Shown: in pieces, positions 1-11,700 of the stretch
Numbering within the stretch: position 1 is the stretch's first letter
Layout: each line of letters opens with the position of its first letter
NCBI RefSeq assembly: GCF_000002075.1
Contig: NW_004797313.1
Coordinates: forward strand, 70,034 to 134,033
Direction of reading: 5' to 3'
DNA: 64,000 bases
Origin: Aplysia californica
Taxonomy: Eukaryota
Program-made: the position numbers and the translations under genes
Notes under the pieces: model-generated
What the model was told of the DNA's origin: nothing
What the model saw: the letters and a program-made list of their open reading frames with translations, nothing else
The model's database searches: none

Positions 1-45
1 ACCTCTGCCCTCCCTCACCTCCACCCCCATCCCCCTCTCCCAAAG

Positions 46-268
46 CAATTGTCCATTCATCTGTGTTCTACCTGTGCATGGCGCTGAGTGGATACACTGT
101 TATTCACGTGGCCACCACGTCAATTCCGTCACGCGTGGAGCATTGCCTCCAGCCGGTGCTTCTCACTCTCCTTCACGTCTGCTTCACGGCTGTGTACCAG
201 GCGATCGGGGGTTCGGATCCACAGGGCAATAACTACGTCTATCGGGGAATGGACTGGGGTGGCAACAG
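46..268 (+). CDS. Rolling stone-like (Rost, FAR-17a/AIG1-related) membrane protein, penultimate coding exon; gene 5'-incomplete
   Basis: Pyrimidine tract + AAG acceptor (43-45), donor AG|GTTGAT at 268/269. Translation ...IPSRVEHCLQPVLLTLLHVCFTAVYQAIGGSDPQGNNYVYRGMDW resembles the Rost pattern P.R..H...P......Y..FT..Y...GG.D..G..Y.Y...DW. Confidence 0.75.
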
Positions 269-275
269 GTTGATA

Positions 276-713
276 ATATGTGTCATGACACGGTGGAATC
301 AGGCACTCGTCAATTTTTGGCCATTTTGAGTTATTTGTAACATCTTAAGCCTTTTTCATCTACCTTGCTTTTGTGGGGGAAAAGACCCACCTAGATCTAT
401 ATCTTTAATAGAAAACGAGATATTTGCAACTGAAAAAAGTGGGGGTCACCTGGAGTCAGAGGTATAATAAACGAGAAATAGTTTTGTGATTTCAAAAGCT
501 TGAATGTCCTTGGAAACTTCAAATACACATCTATTATGGCTTTGATGAACTATTGACAGTAACATTCACACAGAGTATGTTTTTAAAAGGACATAAAAGG
601 TGTTAAGCCCCCAAAAAACCGACAAATAAATTGCTCAAGGGATAGAAAAATGCCAGTTTCTTTGATTTGATTATTTTGACAAGCGCCTGATTTCACCACG
701 ATGCGTCACATAT
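276..713 (+). mobile_element. MITE family A (~440 bp, imperfect ~40-bp TIRs, ATATGTG ends), copy 1
   Basis: Left atatgtgtcatgacacggtggaatcaggcactcgtcaa; right reverse complement atatgtgacgcatcgtggtgaaatcaggcgcttgtcaa; about 7 copies in the window. Confidence 0.8.
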
Positions 714-1264
714 GATAACAACATGTGCATAATTTTGTTGATGTATCAGTTCTAACTAAAGCTTGTAATGCTTGTTTACGGTAATTCTTTCTGCCTCGTC
801 TGTATGCTTCAGGATCACGCTTCATTTGTAACAACAATATCAGCGAGGACAAGGACAGTGACAACAACGATATTATTAAAGCGGACGACAAGAGACGGGC
901 TCGGTAGAGTCAAGAAACACATCACAACCAGCAAGAATGGCGACGACTACGACGACGACGACAACGACAACAAAAACTTTTTAAAGAAAAGGAAATGATA
1001 AAGGAAGCGTACATTTATACTGGTAGTTATTATGAATGATGAATGAGCCTCTCTCAAAAATTAGAATGTTCATGATTGACAACACAACGCATACATACAT
1101 CGAAATTAAAAGATAACGTAGAGAACACTTTTTCAGCCACCTTGCAATCCCATATTTCTACTGCTATACCACTTGTCATGTTATAAAGGAGTTTGGGGTT
1201 TTTTGGGGGTTTTTTTCAAAAGTGTTTCGACGAGCTGTTTGCCCAACCTCTGTGAAAATACATA

Positions 1265-1520
1265 CATTGCTACCTTAGAATTATACAGTTCTATCTGTCA
1301 TTTTTGACTATTTTGACTTTCTAAGACCATGAGGTCAGAAACCAAATTAAATGTCCTATCTGCTCTATCAAAATCGTATGGTTATTCAAAGTCGTTATCA
1401 AGATTTTCAAAGAATTGCATTCGAAAAAGCTTGGCAAGTTTTGAAACTCAATTTTTTAAAGATAAATTTATCAAAAGTGAGTACTGAGCTGAAAGAACTT
1501 TGACCTTGTAGTTCTAGGGT
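1265..1520 (+). repeat. Dispersed repeat; second copy at ~9165-9218 plus 10015-10207
   Basis: Both share ctatctgctctatcaaaatcgta...ttcgaaaaagcttggca...tactgagctga...ttctagggta. Confidence 0.7.
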
Positions 1521-1731
1521 ACTTGCTCATCTAATAATATACAATTACTGTCTTAACTACACCCCCGATGCCGCTTTCACTTTCAGGCCCAACATGTTTC
1601 CTTGTGTCCTTTCGGGTCTTGTTCATTACTTACAAGGTAGAGAGTCAGTTTCAAAGCGACCTAACGCTATAAAATGTTGTACATATAGCGAATGGCTAGC
1701 CGACTCAGCCGTGTCAAACCTCTCCCCTCAG

Positions 1732-2791
1732 CCTGAAGGCCTTCCTGGTGGCTCTGGCCTGGCTAACCTTGACCTTCATCTCTCACCTGCTGGTGGTCGC
1801 CTGCTCCAAGCTACGCCGCGCCACCTTCCGGTACTTGCGCGTGCGGAGAGGTCAAGGACAAGAGACGGACTCGAATAAAGACCCTTTACCGGAAACTGCT
1901 CGACAGCCTTCCCCGCCGGAGTTCTGGGTGGAGAACCTACCCCACGGACACAAACGTTTGCACGTGGGAACACCACAACAACTACTCACGGGACTCCCGA
2001 CGACACCACAACAACTACTCACGGGACTCCCGACGACACCACAACAACAGCAGCAGCAGACAGCGACGCCCAAGTACCACGCCCCTTCAACCCCCTTTCT
2101 ACCGGAGACAGCTTACGGCCAGACGCTGTATGAACAGCGACTTTTTCAAATCTGCAGAGAAACAACGGGGCCCCGATGTACACCCTGTGGTGGGTTTTGC
2201 TCTGTCCTTCCCGGTTTCCTCCAGCCACAGGCCGGGGCACCTATCCCACAATCCGCACCAGAGCCATCACTTCCTCTTCCTCATCAGTATTCTCACCCTC
2301 CTCCTCCACATCAATATCATCACCCTCCCCCTCCTCTTCTTCCTCACCCTCCTCCTCCTCATTGGTATCTTTACCTTCCTCCTCCTCTTCAGCATCATCC
2401 TTTTTGTCAAAATCCTCACCCCCCTCCGCCTCCTCCTCATCACGCTCACCAAACATCCTCCATACCTTCACCAACACCCCAGTACAGACTGGCGGCTGGC
2501 CCTCCTCTATCCCCCGGCTCCTATCTGTGTCACCCGGACAGCGTGTCTGCTGACGGGAACAGCCGGATGTACAAGTGTTTCCCCGAGAACCACCAGGGCC
2601 CGCCACTTCCTGCAGGTCACGTGGTGACTTGTGGTCCAAGGGGAGGTAACTGTCCCCTCTCACGACAGCCGCCGCTCAAACCGAGTTATTATGATGATTG
2701 TAAGAGAAAAATGACGTCACGACTACCATGTGATTGTTCGACAACTTCAGAGTCGGATGAGGAACAACAAGAAGAAAAAGATGAAGAATAA
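1732..2791 (+). CDS. Rolling stone-like protein, terminal exon: last TM helix plus long Pro/His/Gln-rich tail
   Basis: Acceptor CTCCCCTCAG|C. The phase-2 join with exon 46-268 gives S-LKAFLVALAWLTLTFISHLLVVACSKLRR (hydrophobic helix, then H..L....KLR as in Rost C-termini), in frame with ORF 1748-2791. AATAAA near 2846 and 2986. Confidence 0.72.
1970..2048 (+). repeat. 33-bp coding tandem repeat (TPQQLLTGLPT x2 plus partial copy)
   Basis: acaccacaacaactactcacgggactcccgacg repeated exactly twice, then a partial copy running into poly-Gln codons. Confidence 0.9.
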
Positions 2792-3356
2792 GAAGACCAG
2801 AGCAAAACGCCAGGAACCACCGATGAGATCACGACTCTTTGCCCGAATAAAGAGGAACCTCACACCACTCGCTCAAAGGGCGCCACTGTATGCAGATAAA
2901 GTGGAGGGTCCTTAGAATAAGACAACTGAACTTTAAAAATAAGTGATTTGATCTTATTCAATTACAAGTAATAATAGTTAATTGAAATAAAAATGTTCTA
3001 CCAACATATGTGGTGCAGTTAGTACATGTAGACTCATCGCACGTTGAAGACATGGGTTTCACTTCCGAGTGACGACATTTTTACCGAGTTTGGAAACATT
3101 GTCTGAGCATGAAAGCACAGACTGAGCTGTGTCACCTATTTCTGGGGACAAAGATAATTTGATGCTATTCACTTATAAGACCATTCCAAGAAAAATGACA
3201 CATGTAACCCCCAGGGGCAGTGCCACTGAATGCAGTGTCTTTAGGCCATTCCCAAAGGAAGGACCTTTCTCGTTCAAGCATAGTAGAATTGTAAATGGGC
3301 TGACTCATGTCACGCTCATAACTGTGCCTGATCTACAACAGGGAACTGCTGCTTTT

Positions 3357-3603
3357 TCTTTCCTGATCCTAAATATTGTCATTTTCCTCTACTTCTTTTG
3401 TATGTTTGTCACTCTCTTGTGACCTGCTATTTCCGGGGTGCCTTGATAGTCGAAGCAGACCTTGTGCCGTTGAAGCTAGAGAGGTGAGCAGTCTAAGTCT
3501 GATTCCCTGTAAAGACTTCTCTGTTGACACCCACCCCTTGGCGCTCATATGACCATATGCAGTTGCGAGCACCGTAAAACCCTCTACTACAGTATAAAAA
3601 AAA
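3357..3603 (+). mobile_element. SINE-like repeat family B (~245 bp, A-rich tail)
   Basis: Near-identical copy at 31128-31370; 3' stem-loop ggcgctcatatgacc...gttgcgag(c/t)(a/g)ccgtaaaacc followed by an A-rich tail. Confidence 0.75.
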
Positions 3604-6217
3604 TATATATATGACACACGTAACACTGAGATGATAGCCTTCTAAAAGAAAATCTAAGCAATGATAAAGCCATTCTTCATTTCGTTTTGTTTGAGGAAGG
3701 TTGCATTCAACAAACAAACAAAAAAATAGTAAGTAATGGCTCCATCACTGCTTAGAATTTTTTTCAATAGGTCATCATCTCCATGTTACGTGAATCACTT
3801 TCCATGGGATGGTCAAGCTTCCGTCACGAGGATATCAAAGATGAGTGCAAAGATTTTGCTTAGGGTAGGTAACAGGCCTACCCCCCCATCAGGAAAAAGA
3901 AATAAAGTCTAGCAGTTCAATGTTTTGTTTTCTCTTACGAGTCCTTGGGATTGGTAGTAAATTTTCTTTCTTAACTGTGTTGGTACATGTAACAAAAACA
4001 TTGGCCATGACAAAGACAACGACAACAAAATTATTCAAGAGAAGGGTTTCTTCCTTCCTCCCTTTCATATGGTTAAAGACCAGCAGAAGGACAGAAACAC
4101 CTGCTAACATATATATTACTCATCCAGGAATCAAATTCACATTATTTGTGATCTAAGTGAAGAGGCTGTTTCACCACATATGATGGCTATAACAAGCAGG
4201 AAACATGTTGGTAAAATGATGGTCAAATAGAATAAACAAAAATCAAAAGGCGAGATACAGCAGTGGCACATATGGTACCAAGAGGTAAGAATGAGCTTCA
4301 TTTATAACATGCCATAATGTGATTTTTATTTCACTAATGTCATAAACTACAACTTGACAACAAATTTTATCTACAAAATGTGCTGAGTTCTCAAGTACGA
4401 TTGTATGTTCTTTCCAAAGCAACAGTCAAGGCCTATTGATTTCCTTTTCTGAGACAAAGTCAGAGTTATCGAAATGAAATGCCTCACTGACTGAAAAGAA
4501 CCAGAACTTGGAAAAGCAACTTACGATTCAACCCTAGCAAAACCAACGCAACCCCCCACCCAATCCCAAATCTTTCTATCCATCTCCTGAGCGATTGGAC
4601 GGGGAGACCTCTTCTAATGCACTGGTACATTCAAAACCTTCACTTCTCTGTTGTTTCTGTCCAACCTTTTTCCACCCCGAAAAAACTTTTTTGCATCATA
4701 GTGCTTTTCCTTAACTCAAATCTGAAAATATCCATCCACCTCTCATTACCATAAAAATCCCTCCAACCTCCCCCCCCCCATCCCCATAAAACATATATCT
4801 TATTCTTATATCAACAAAAACACAGAAACAAAAGAGCTATAAATACAAAAGATATAAGAAAACAACAGCATAAAAGGAAATTTGTCTTGCTTTTAATCTC
4901 ACTGTATGAATCATTGGTCTTTGACCCACTGCGTAGGACAATAGTACTGCATGAACACTTTACTTTGAAACAAAAGACTATTTTTAACAAAACAGGAATT
5001 CAAGCCAATTCTGCCATGGTTACCAAAGTCATGCATGTTTAAAGAATTGTGCTACAATTTCCATTTTTTTTTTTTTAGTTCGTACTTCTACACAAAAATT
5101 TGCTAAGAAAACTGGAAGTAAGTGATTTCTACTGGATTGCCGCCAGGTTCCTGATTATAGCATTGTGTTACCCTTATAACATCACAACTGAAAGAGCTGC
5201 GGAGCTGGCCTACCATAGAAAACTGCATCTCCCCGCCACGCTTAACGGCAACAGAGGATGAAAAAGTAAAAAGTAAAGTTACCCTCTTTTCAGCCATGTG
5301 CCATCATGAAATTCTAATTATTAAAACTCTTCATATTATCTCCACTTTTTGAGACTGACCAAGATAAAATTCATTTGGGAAAGCCAGTTCTTCCTCGACT
5401 TTCAACTGCCAAGGTGTCTTTCACATGCACAAAAAATGCACATGGAACCTCCAAATATGTTGTCCTTATCTGTCTGAAAAGACAGTGCTTTCACTCACCT
5501 ACTCTGAGGTCCCAGGTGTAAAAAAAACAACTTCATCAACCATGCCCGTGTGAACCAAGAGTCAAATTGATTGATTCCTTATGACAGGACAGCACCTTTC
5601 CTCTAAACCAACAAGCCTTCATATAAACATTCAAAGATACACAACAGTACTAGATGATGTAAAACCTATCACAAATCAACATTAATTAACGTTTCAAGTG
5701 AACAGCACTCAACCTCTTGACCTTCATAACCGACAGAGTTGCTAAAAGGCTGGTGCCGGTTTTGAAAAACAGAACACCATGAGTGAAATCACTGGGTACT
5801 TTACAAAAAGTATGGGAAAAACATCAGAAGTCACTTTCTGAATATAACAACACACCATTTTTGACATTCAAAACACATTGCACACATACAGGTACACTTC
5901 TGCGACCCCATAAACAAACAGTCTCTTTGACACTCCCATCCGCCAATACAACCACACTCTGCAGTTTTCCTTTCCTGTTTTATACAGATTTCTGATTCCA
6001 GTCGACTACGCTGCAGAAAATAAAATTTTATGCCAAATCCTATTTTATAAAAATTGACAAAAAATGTTTGTAACAACACAATGGAATTTGGATAATTAAA
6101 ATAACAAGTCTGTGTCAAACATTAACATTTCACTTTTCCAGCAAGAAGAAGAAAAATACAAGAGGAAAGGTATAAATTAATGAATGGCACTGATTCATAA
6201 TCACATTTCTGTCTACC

Positions 6218-8357
6218 CCGGTCAATATCAGTCGTAAGACGCAGTGTGCTATTATCTGCTAAGAGGCTCGAAAGGCAAAAAAGTGACTTTCCATGAAATT
6301 TTTTTTTTTTGGATCGATTGAAAGTTTGATGTCTTCTACTTCATTTAAGATAAAAATAAACAATTAAAATCGACTATAAATATTTTATTTTGATCTATTT
6401 TGGAGGCGTGTGTCTTTTGTTGTGAGCTTGGGTGAAGAGATAAAGGAATTAGGACCTTGCTAGTGTGTAGCTGAGAGGTTATTTTTTAGAACCAATACCT
6501 CATGGCCACCTTTGCTTCAAGGCTTCAACGTTCTTCATTCACAACTACTTTTAGATTTTGACCCCTTTTCGAGCATGAATGGTCTGAAATGTAAACAACT
6601 CTGATTGGTAAAACGGAGTAAAAACGGTAACTTCTAGCTCACTTCAAGTTTGTTTACGTAAACAGCTGACTGTGTGGGAGTGCTCTGCTAGCTGTTATCG
6701 CCTGTTGACCTTTCAGTTTTACACTTGGATTGACTTTAAAAATTTGTTTTTATTATATTGTTTTTTAGTGCTTTTAAAAGAATAATAAACCTTCCTCTAA
6801 ATCTCTCAAAGTGGACTCCTTACTAAGAGGCCACCGAGGCGGTCTATGCGCATGTACGTATGTGTGTTCGTGTGTTTGTATGTGTGTGTATACGTGTGTT
6901 TGTGTATGTGAGTTTGTGTTTGTGTGTGTGCGTGTGGGTGTGCTCTCTTGTGTTTATGGTGCTATTGCAAATGTATAATTAGATAGCATTAAAACGGCAC
7001 GTAAGCCGACTCGCAGCCTTCCGAGCGCGTGGTTTCGGTGAAAAGGGGTAATTCAGATCTCTTTTTCTTTGCTGTTTTGCTATAAAACACCAAATGCTGA
7101 ACACTTTAAAAAAGTTAAGATTTTCTTCATTACAATAGTGTAAGTTGTCTGTATATCCCAGTATTTGGAGCTGGAGAATCGCTGTGGAAAGGAAGCCCCT
7201 CGCTGTCGGAATGCGAGGTCAGCCGGTTCAAAATTGCCACCCATGCATTCGAATGCTTTGCAGAAATATTGATGATAAAATACTGTCTTTTCATTGGAGG
7301 AGAACTATAAAGCTTTGAGTGCGATTTCCCATAGTTATTATTTTTGGCCTTTGGTGTTCACAGAGAAAACCCTGAAAAAAAAAAGGATCCAAGTTTTCAA
7401 GGATCATTTTTAACACGAAATGTGTAAAATACCGGCTAAAAAAGGTACTAATAGAAAGAATAGTTCTGTTTCTATTAGAATAAAGTCATCAGCTTGGAAT
7501 TATTTTGCATGAATCCTTCCGTGAAACCACAGGGAGCACTCAGTACACTACAGTATTGGGTCGACTCGCCCACTGCAAGGGCTTGTGCGACACTGGCCGA
7601 GACAATGCTCGGTGTTTTAATTGAAATAACAACATATCATCGTGTTTGAGGCAATGAAATACTGATTGGCAATGATCTCAATCTGGAAAGAAATTTGATT
7701 TCACTATTTTGTTATAATGATTGTACTCTGTTAATGTAGAGATGTTTGGTGCACTTGGTACTCTTTTATCATCTGTCAAACATGGGGTTGCAGCCAGTTA
7801 ACGACTTCAGCAATATTTGATATTATGTTAAACTGAAACAGATGCCATTCTCTTACACATTGACCGAGAGGTAAAAGTACAGTACCAAATTTCTCAGGAG
7901 ACACAAGTCTTTCATATATGAAAAAGATGAATTTGACTAACAGTTACTTTGAAAATTTAGTTTCTGGTACCTAGTATAATGCTAATATTTTGTTGCATTT
8001 GACGTGAAGTCTGTTCTCGTGAAAATTTTGTTTTGTCCATAAGTTTTTTTCTCTGAGAATGAATAGTTTTCTACTTTTGTATGTTACCTTGTAGTGGCAT
8101 AACCAAGATAACCGCTAAATTTCAAGTCTCTATCTCAACTGTAACACACTTTGCTATGGAAACATGTTGCTCAACTTCGGAGGCCATTTTCTCCTTTTCA
8201 TGTTTCCTCACCTCGCACAATTAAAAGTTCTGTATTTTCGTCAAATATGGTCATATTTACTTCATTCTTGTTTTAAATTATAGGGAAAAGGTGACAGTTT
8301 TTTAAAACAAAGTTAACTCAGTTTTGAAATTTCCTTCATATGACTGATATTGACCGG
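6218..8357. mobile_element. ~2.1-kb non-coding element with perfect 16-bp inverted termini
   Basis: ccggtcaatatcagtc (6218-6233) and gactgatattgaccgg (8342-8357); no ORF of 60 aa or more inside. Confidence 0.65.
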
Positions 8358-8652
8358 CAGGGACACATTAATATTGTGGTCATAAACCACTGATGAGATC
8401 AAACCACCCCCCAGAGAAAACGCAGCTAAGCATGAATGAGTTTAAATAAGACACTACAGTGCATTGAGACGCTTTTCAGTCATTGAAGGCAAAGCGTGAT
8501 CTAAAGAAATCTACAAGTACCTTTCTTTCTTAATTGCCCTTATAGCATGAATTATGTCCACCCTCTCACCATACACTTTTGTCACTATTGCCTGCTCCTC
8601 ATGACTTGCGCAGTTGAAAGAATATGTGGTTCGACAGCACAAAAACACTGAG

Positions 8653-8772
8653 CTATAAATGGTCCAAAGCCTCCAAGCCAATGAGGCGGAGAGCATTTAG
8701 CAAGACTTGGTGAGCTGCTCGCATGAGATGAAGTCGGGCAAACATAAGAGGCAGTAGGTGAAGTTCTCCACC
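8653..8772 (-). CDS. DALRD3: DALRD3 exon 14 (terminal, TAG stop)
   Basis: GGELHLLPLMFARLHLMRAAHQVLLNALRLIGLEALDHL*. Confidence 0.9.
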   Translation of the reverse strand, partial: GGELHLLPLMFARLHLMRAAHQVLLNALRLIGLEALDHL

Positions 8773-11700
8773 CTGTGCAGAAAATTAAAGAGAAATTATA
8801 AGAAATAAATATACAACACCAGCTCTTTATCCAGACAATAAGAAAACAGGAGACAGAAAAAGGCAAGAGAAGACACCATTATGGATCTTTTGGGAAAAAG
8901 TGTTACAAACGTTTTATATATATGAGAACAATCATAGAGAAAATTTTTTAAATTTCATCAATACTGCACCGTTACCAGTAGTCAGGGTGCAACACTCTTG
9001 TCTTGAACAGTTTACTGCATTTTGCTTAAGGACATGAGTTTCAGAAATAAAAAAGGGAGCACAGACACTATCTTTACCCTCAGACAGCTGGGGAAAAAAA
9101 AAAAAAGCATTGAGCACCACAGGGACACGATTCTCTTTGTGGATTAAGAGAAAGTTTTTACAAGTTGCTACCTTACAATTACAAAGTTCTTTCTGACATT
9201 TTTGGCCATTTAGAGTTACAGTCCGTGCCGGCTTTAAGCACGCCGGCTTAAAGCACGTTTCGGACTCAAGCACGCTAAACGGCTCTTACCGAATTTTTGC
9301 TATATAAATTACAAGCCTTTAAGCACGGTAACTTTGGCTTCAAGCACGCTTCATTTACAAGACAGTCAATACTTTCATGATGACGCATCGAAGTTTGAAC
9401 ACAGTCTACACCGCAGCAGTGGAGTGTGTCAAGAAAAACACAAAGAACGCAAATGATGGACGCACACACTCACACGGGCGGAGAGGAAGGCAGATGCACA
9501 CAGCCGCGCGCGTGGACATAGGATCTAGCCTTGGCCTAGGGCAAAGCTACACACTACCGAAAAAAATACAAAGAGAGTCGGGGAGACGAGAAAGGGAGGC
9601 TGACTGCGATTTCACTGTTGACCCTCGCTATCCATTAATCCTGATTGTGTATCACGCGCGAGATGGGATGAAGGCGGTGGTATGAGTGGCACAGCGGGCA
9701 GTGGTACGCATAGGCAGTGTGTAAGCCTAGTGTGCTGTATCGTGACTGGCCGTCTAAATTAAGTTTTCATTTCCTATTCGACGACAACATAAAAACAAAC
9801 AAGCGAACAAAAACTACCATGGCGGGTGTCTAAATAACAGCGCACAATTTTGCGGGACCGCTATAGGCCTACTTACAAACAAAGGGAAATAGCACGAGAA
9901 ATTTTCTACAAGAAAATCTCTGGATTATGTCTGCTTCACACTCAAGCACGGTTCGGCTTTAAGCACGCTTAAGCTTTCTCCCGATGACCATGCTTAAAGC
10001 TGGCATGGACTGTACTAAGACTATGTGGTCAGAAACCAAATGTTCTATCTGCTCTATCAAAATCGTAAGATTATTCGGAGTCATTATGAAGATATTCAAA
10101 GAATTGCTTTCGAAAAAGCTTGGCATGTATTAAACTCAGTTTTTAACGTCAAATTTCTCAAAACTAGGTAGGCTACTGAGCTGATTAAACTTTGTAATTC
10201 TAGGGTAGCGAAGTGTCTACAGCGACAAACTCAAATATAAGGAAACTATACGATGACGTGGTCAGCTCTCAGTATTCTATTGACTATTCCTCTAAAAGAC
10301 AGGGATGCCATTCAACTTATTTTTAAATAGCTGAAAATCCACGCGCCACGGTCATGCTAACATATATGAATATCAATTTGAAACCCAAAGGGTGTACATA
10401 GAGAGAAATGACAAACAAACATAAGCAATGGGTGTACATAGAAAGAAATGACAATGTGGGTTGCTGTTTTTTTCTTTTCCAACTATAGATTCTATCTTGA
10501 TCTCAATAATGAAATAGCCGATCAGGATCAAAATACTGGAAATACCTAAAAAACCCAGAAAAGTGGCATCCCTGAAAAGATATTACATGAACATCGTTTG
10601 ACATTTTTGGTGAAACTGAGCTGCCTAAACATCCAACCACCATAACCCTCCCCCCCCCCCCCAACTTCCATTGTCCAAGTACTAAAACATAAAATTGTTT
10701 ACATTTATACTTGAAAATAGAATTCCCCGTCAACATTACAAAATAAGATAGCTCTGGTCTTTATAATACATTTTATTTGAACTCATTGCTGGTAAACTCC
10801 AAATATGCCAGGTGGAAGAAAATTATTGCTTTTAGATTAAACTTTATAAAAATCACATGTTTTAAGAGGAAAGACAAAGAATCATACTCACTCCAAGGAT
10901 GTGATATCTGCTGTAGTAGGAGCTTAAACGTTTTGAAAAACCAACCAAGAAGTTAGAAATCTGCAAGGAGAAGGACGAAAAAATATTCATATAGACAGAT
11001 ATGTAGGACAGAAAAGTATTTTACATATGAGTGCTAATGGGACCACATCCTTAAAATAGCCTTTATAACAATATGGTGAACACCTTCAAATTCATGAAAT
11101 GGTCAATTTTTTTTTCATGGTCAAATGGTATAGGTCCAACGCCCTTATCCAATGATTATAATTCAGGGACAATATGGCTCATGACAAATATTAAAATTGA
11201 TTTTAGACTAACACAGAGAGTGAATGAGCTACACTGTCTGTGATTCATACTATACCTGAAAGTATTCAGCATCATGGCTTCTACTGACCATTATCAAGCA
11301 GGTTAAAAAATGAGAGCAAGATCACATGAGGTAGCAAGCAATCTTTTCTGAACCTGAGCATCGAAAACGTCAGAAAAGATTGCTTGACACGCATAAGTGG
11401 TACATGTGGAACAGGAAACCCAATGATTGGTTTCTTAAGGTTCCATGTGGATGTTTGATGCATAATATGCATTATATTTATGACCACCTGTAGTGCAAGC
11501 TATACTGTTGGGATTAACCCCTTCATTGCCGTATGACATATCTGGTACGTCAGGAAAATGCGTAATTTTTAGCGCTGTGCCGTACCATGTACGTCTTGGA
11601 AGTTCGCAAAATTTGCCGCTCCTGGTTGCCTATATGACGTTACATGTACATCACACTAAAAACCTGGCTTTAATTTTTCTCAATTGAGTTATAGCCGCAA

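Noticed and set aside
2241-2663. Glu-rich 140-aa antisense ORF and the overlapping Leu-rich and Ser-rich frames
   Set aside because: These are shadows of the CCT-rich proline codons in the Rost terminal exon.
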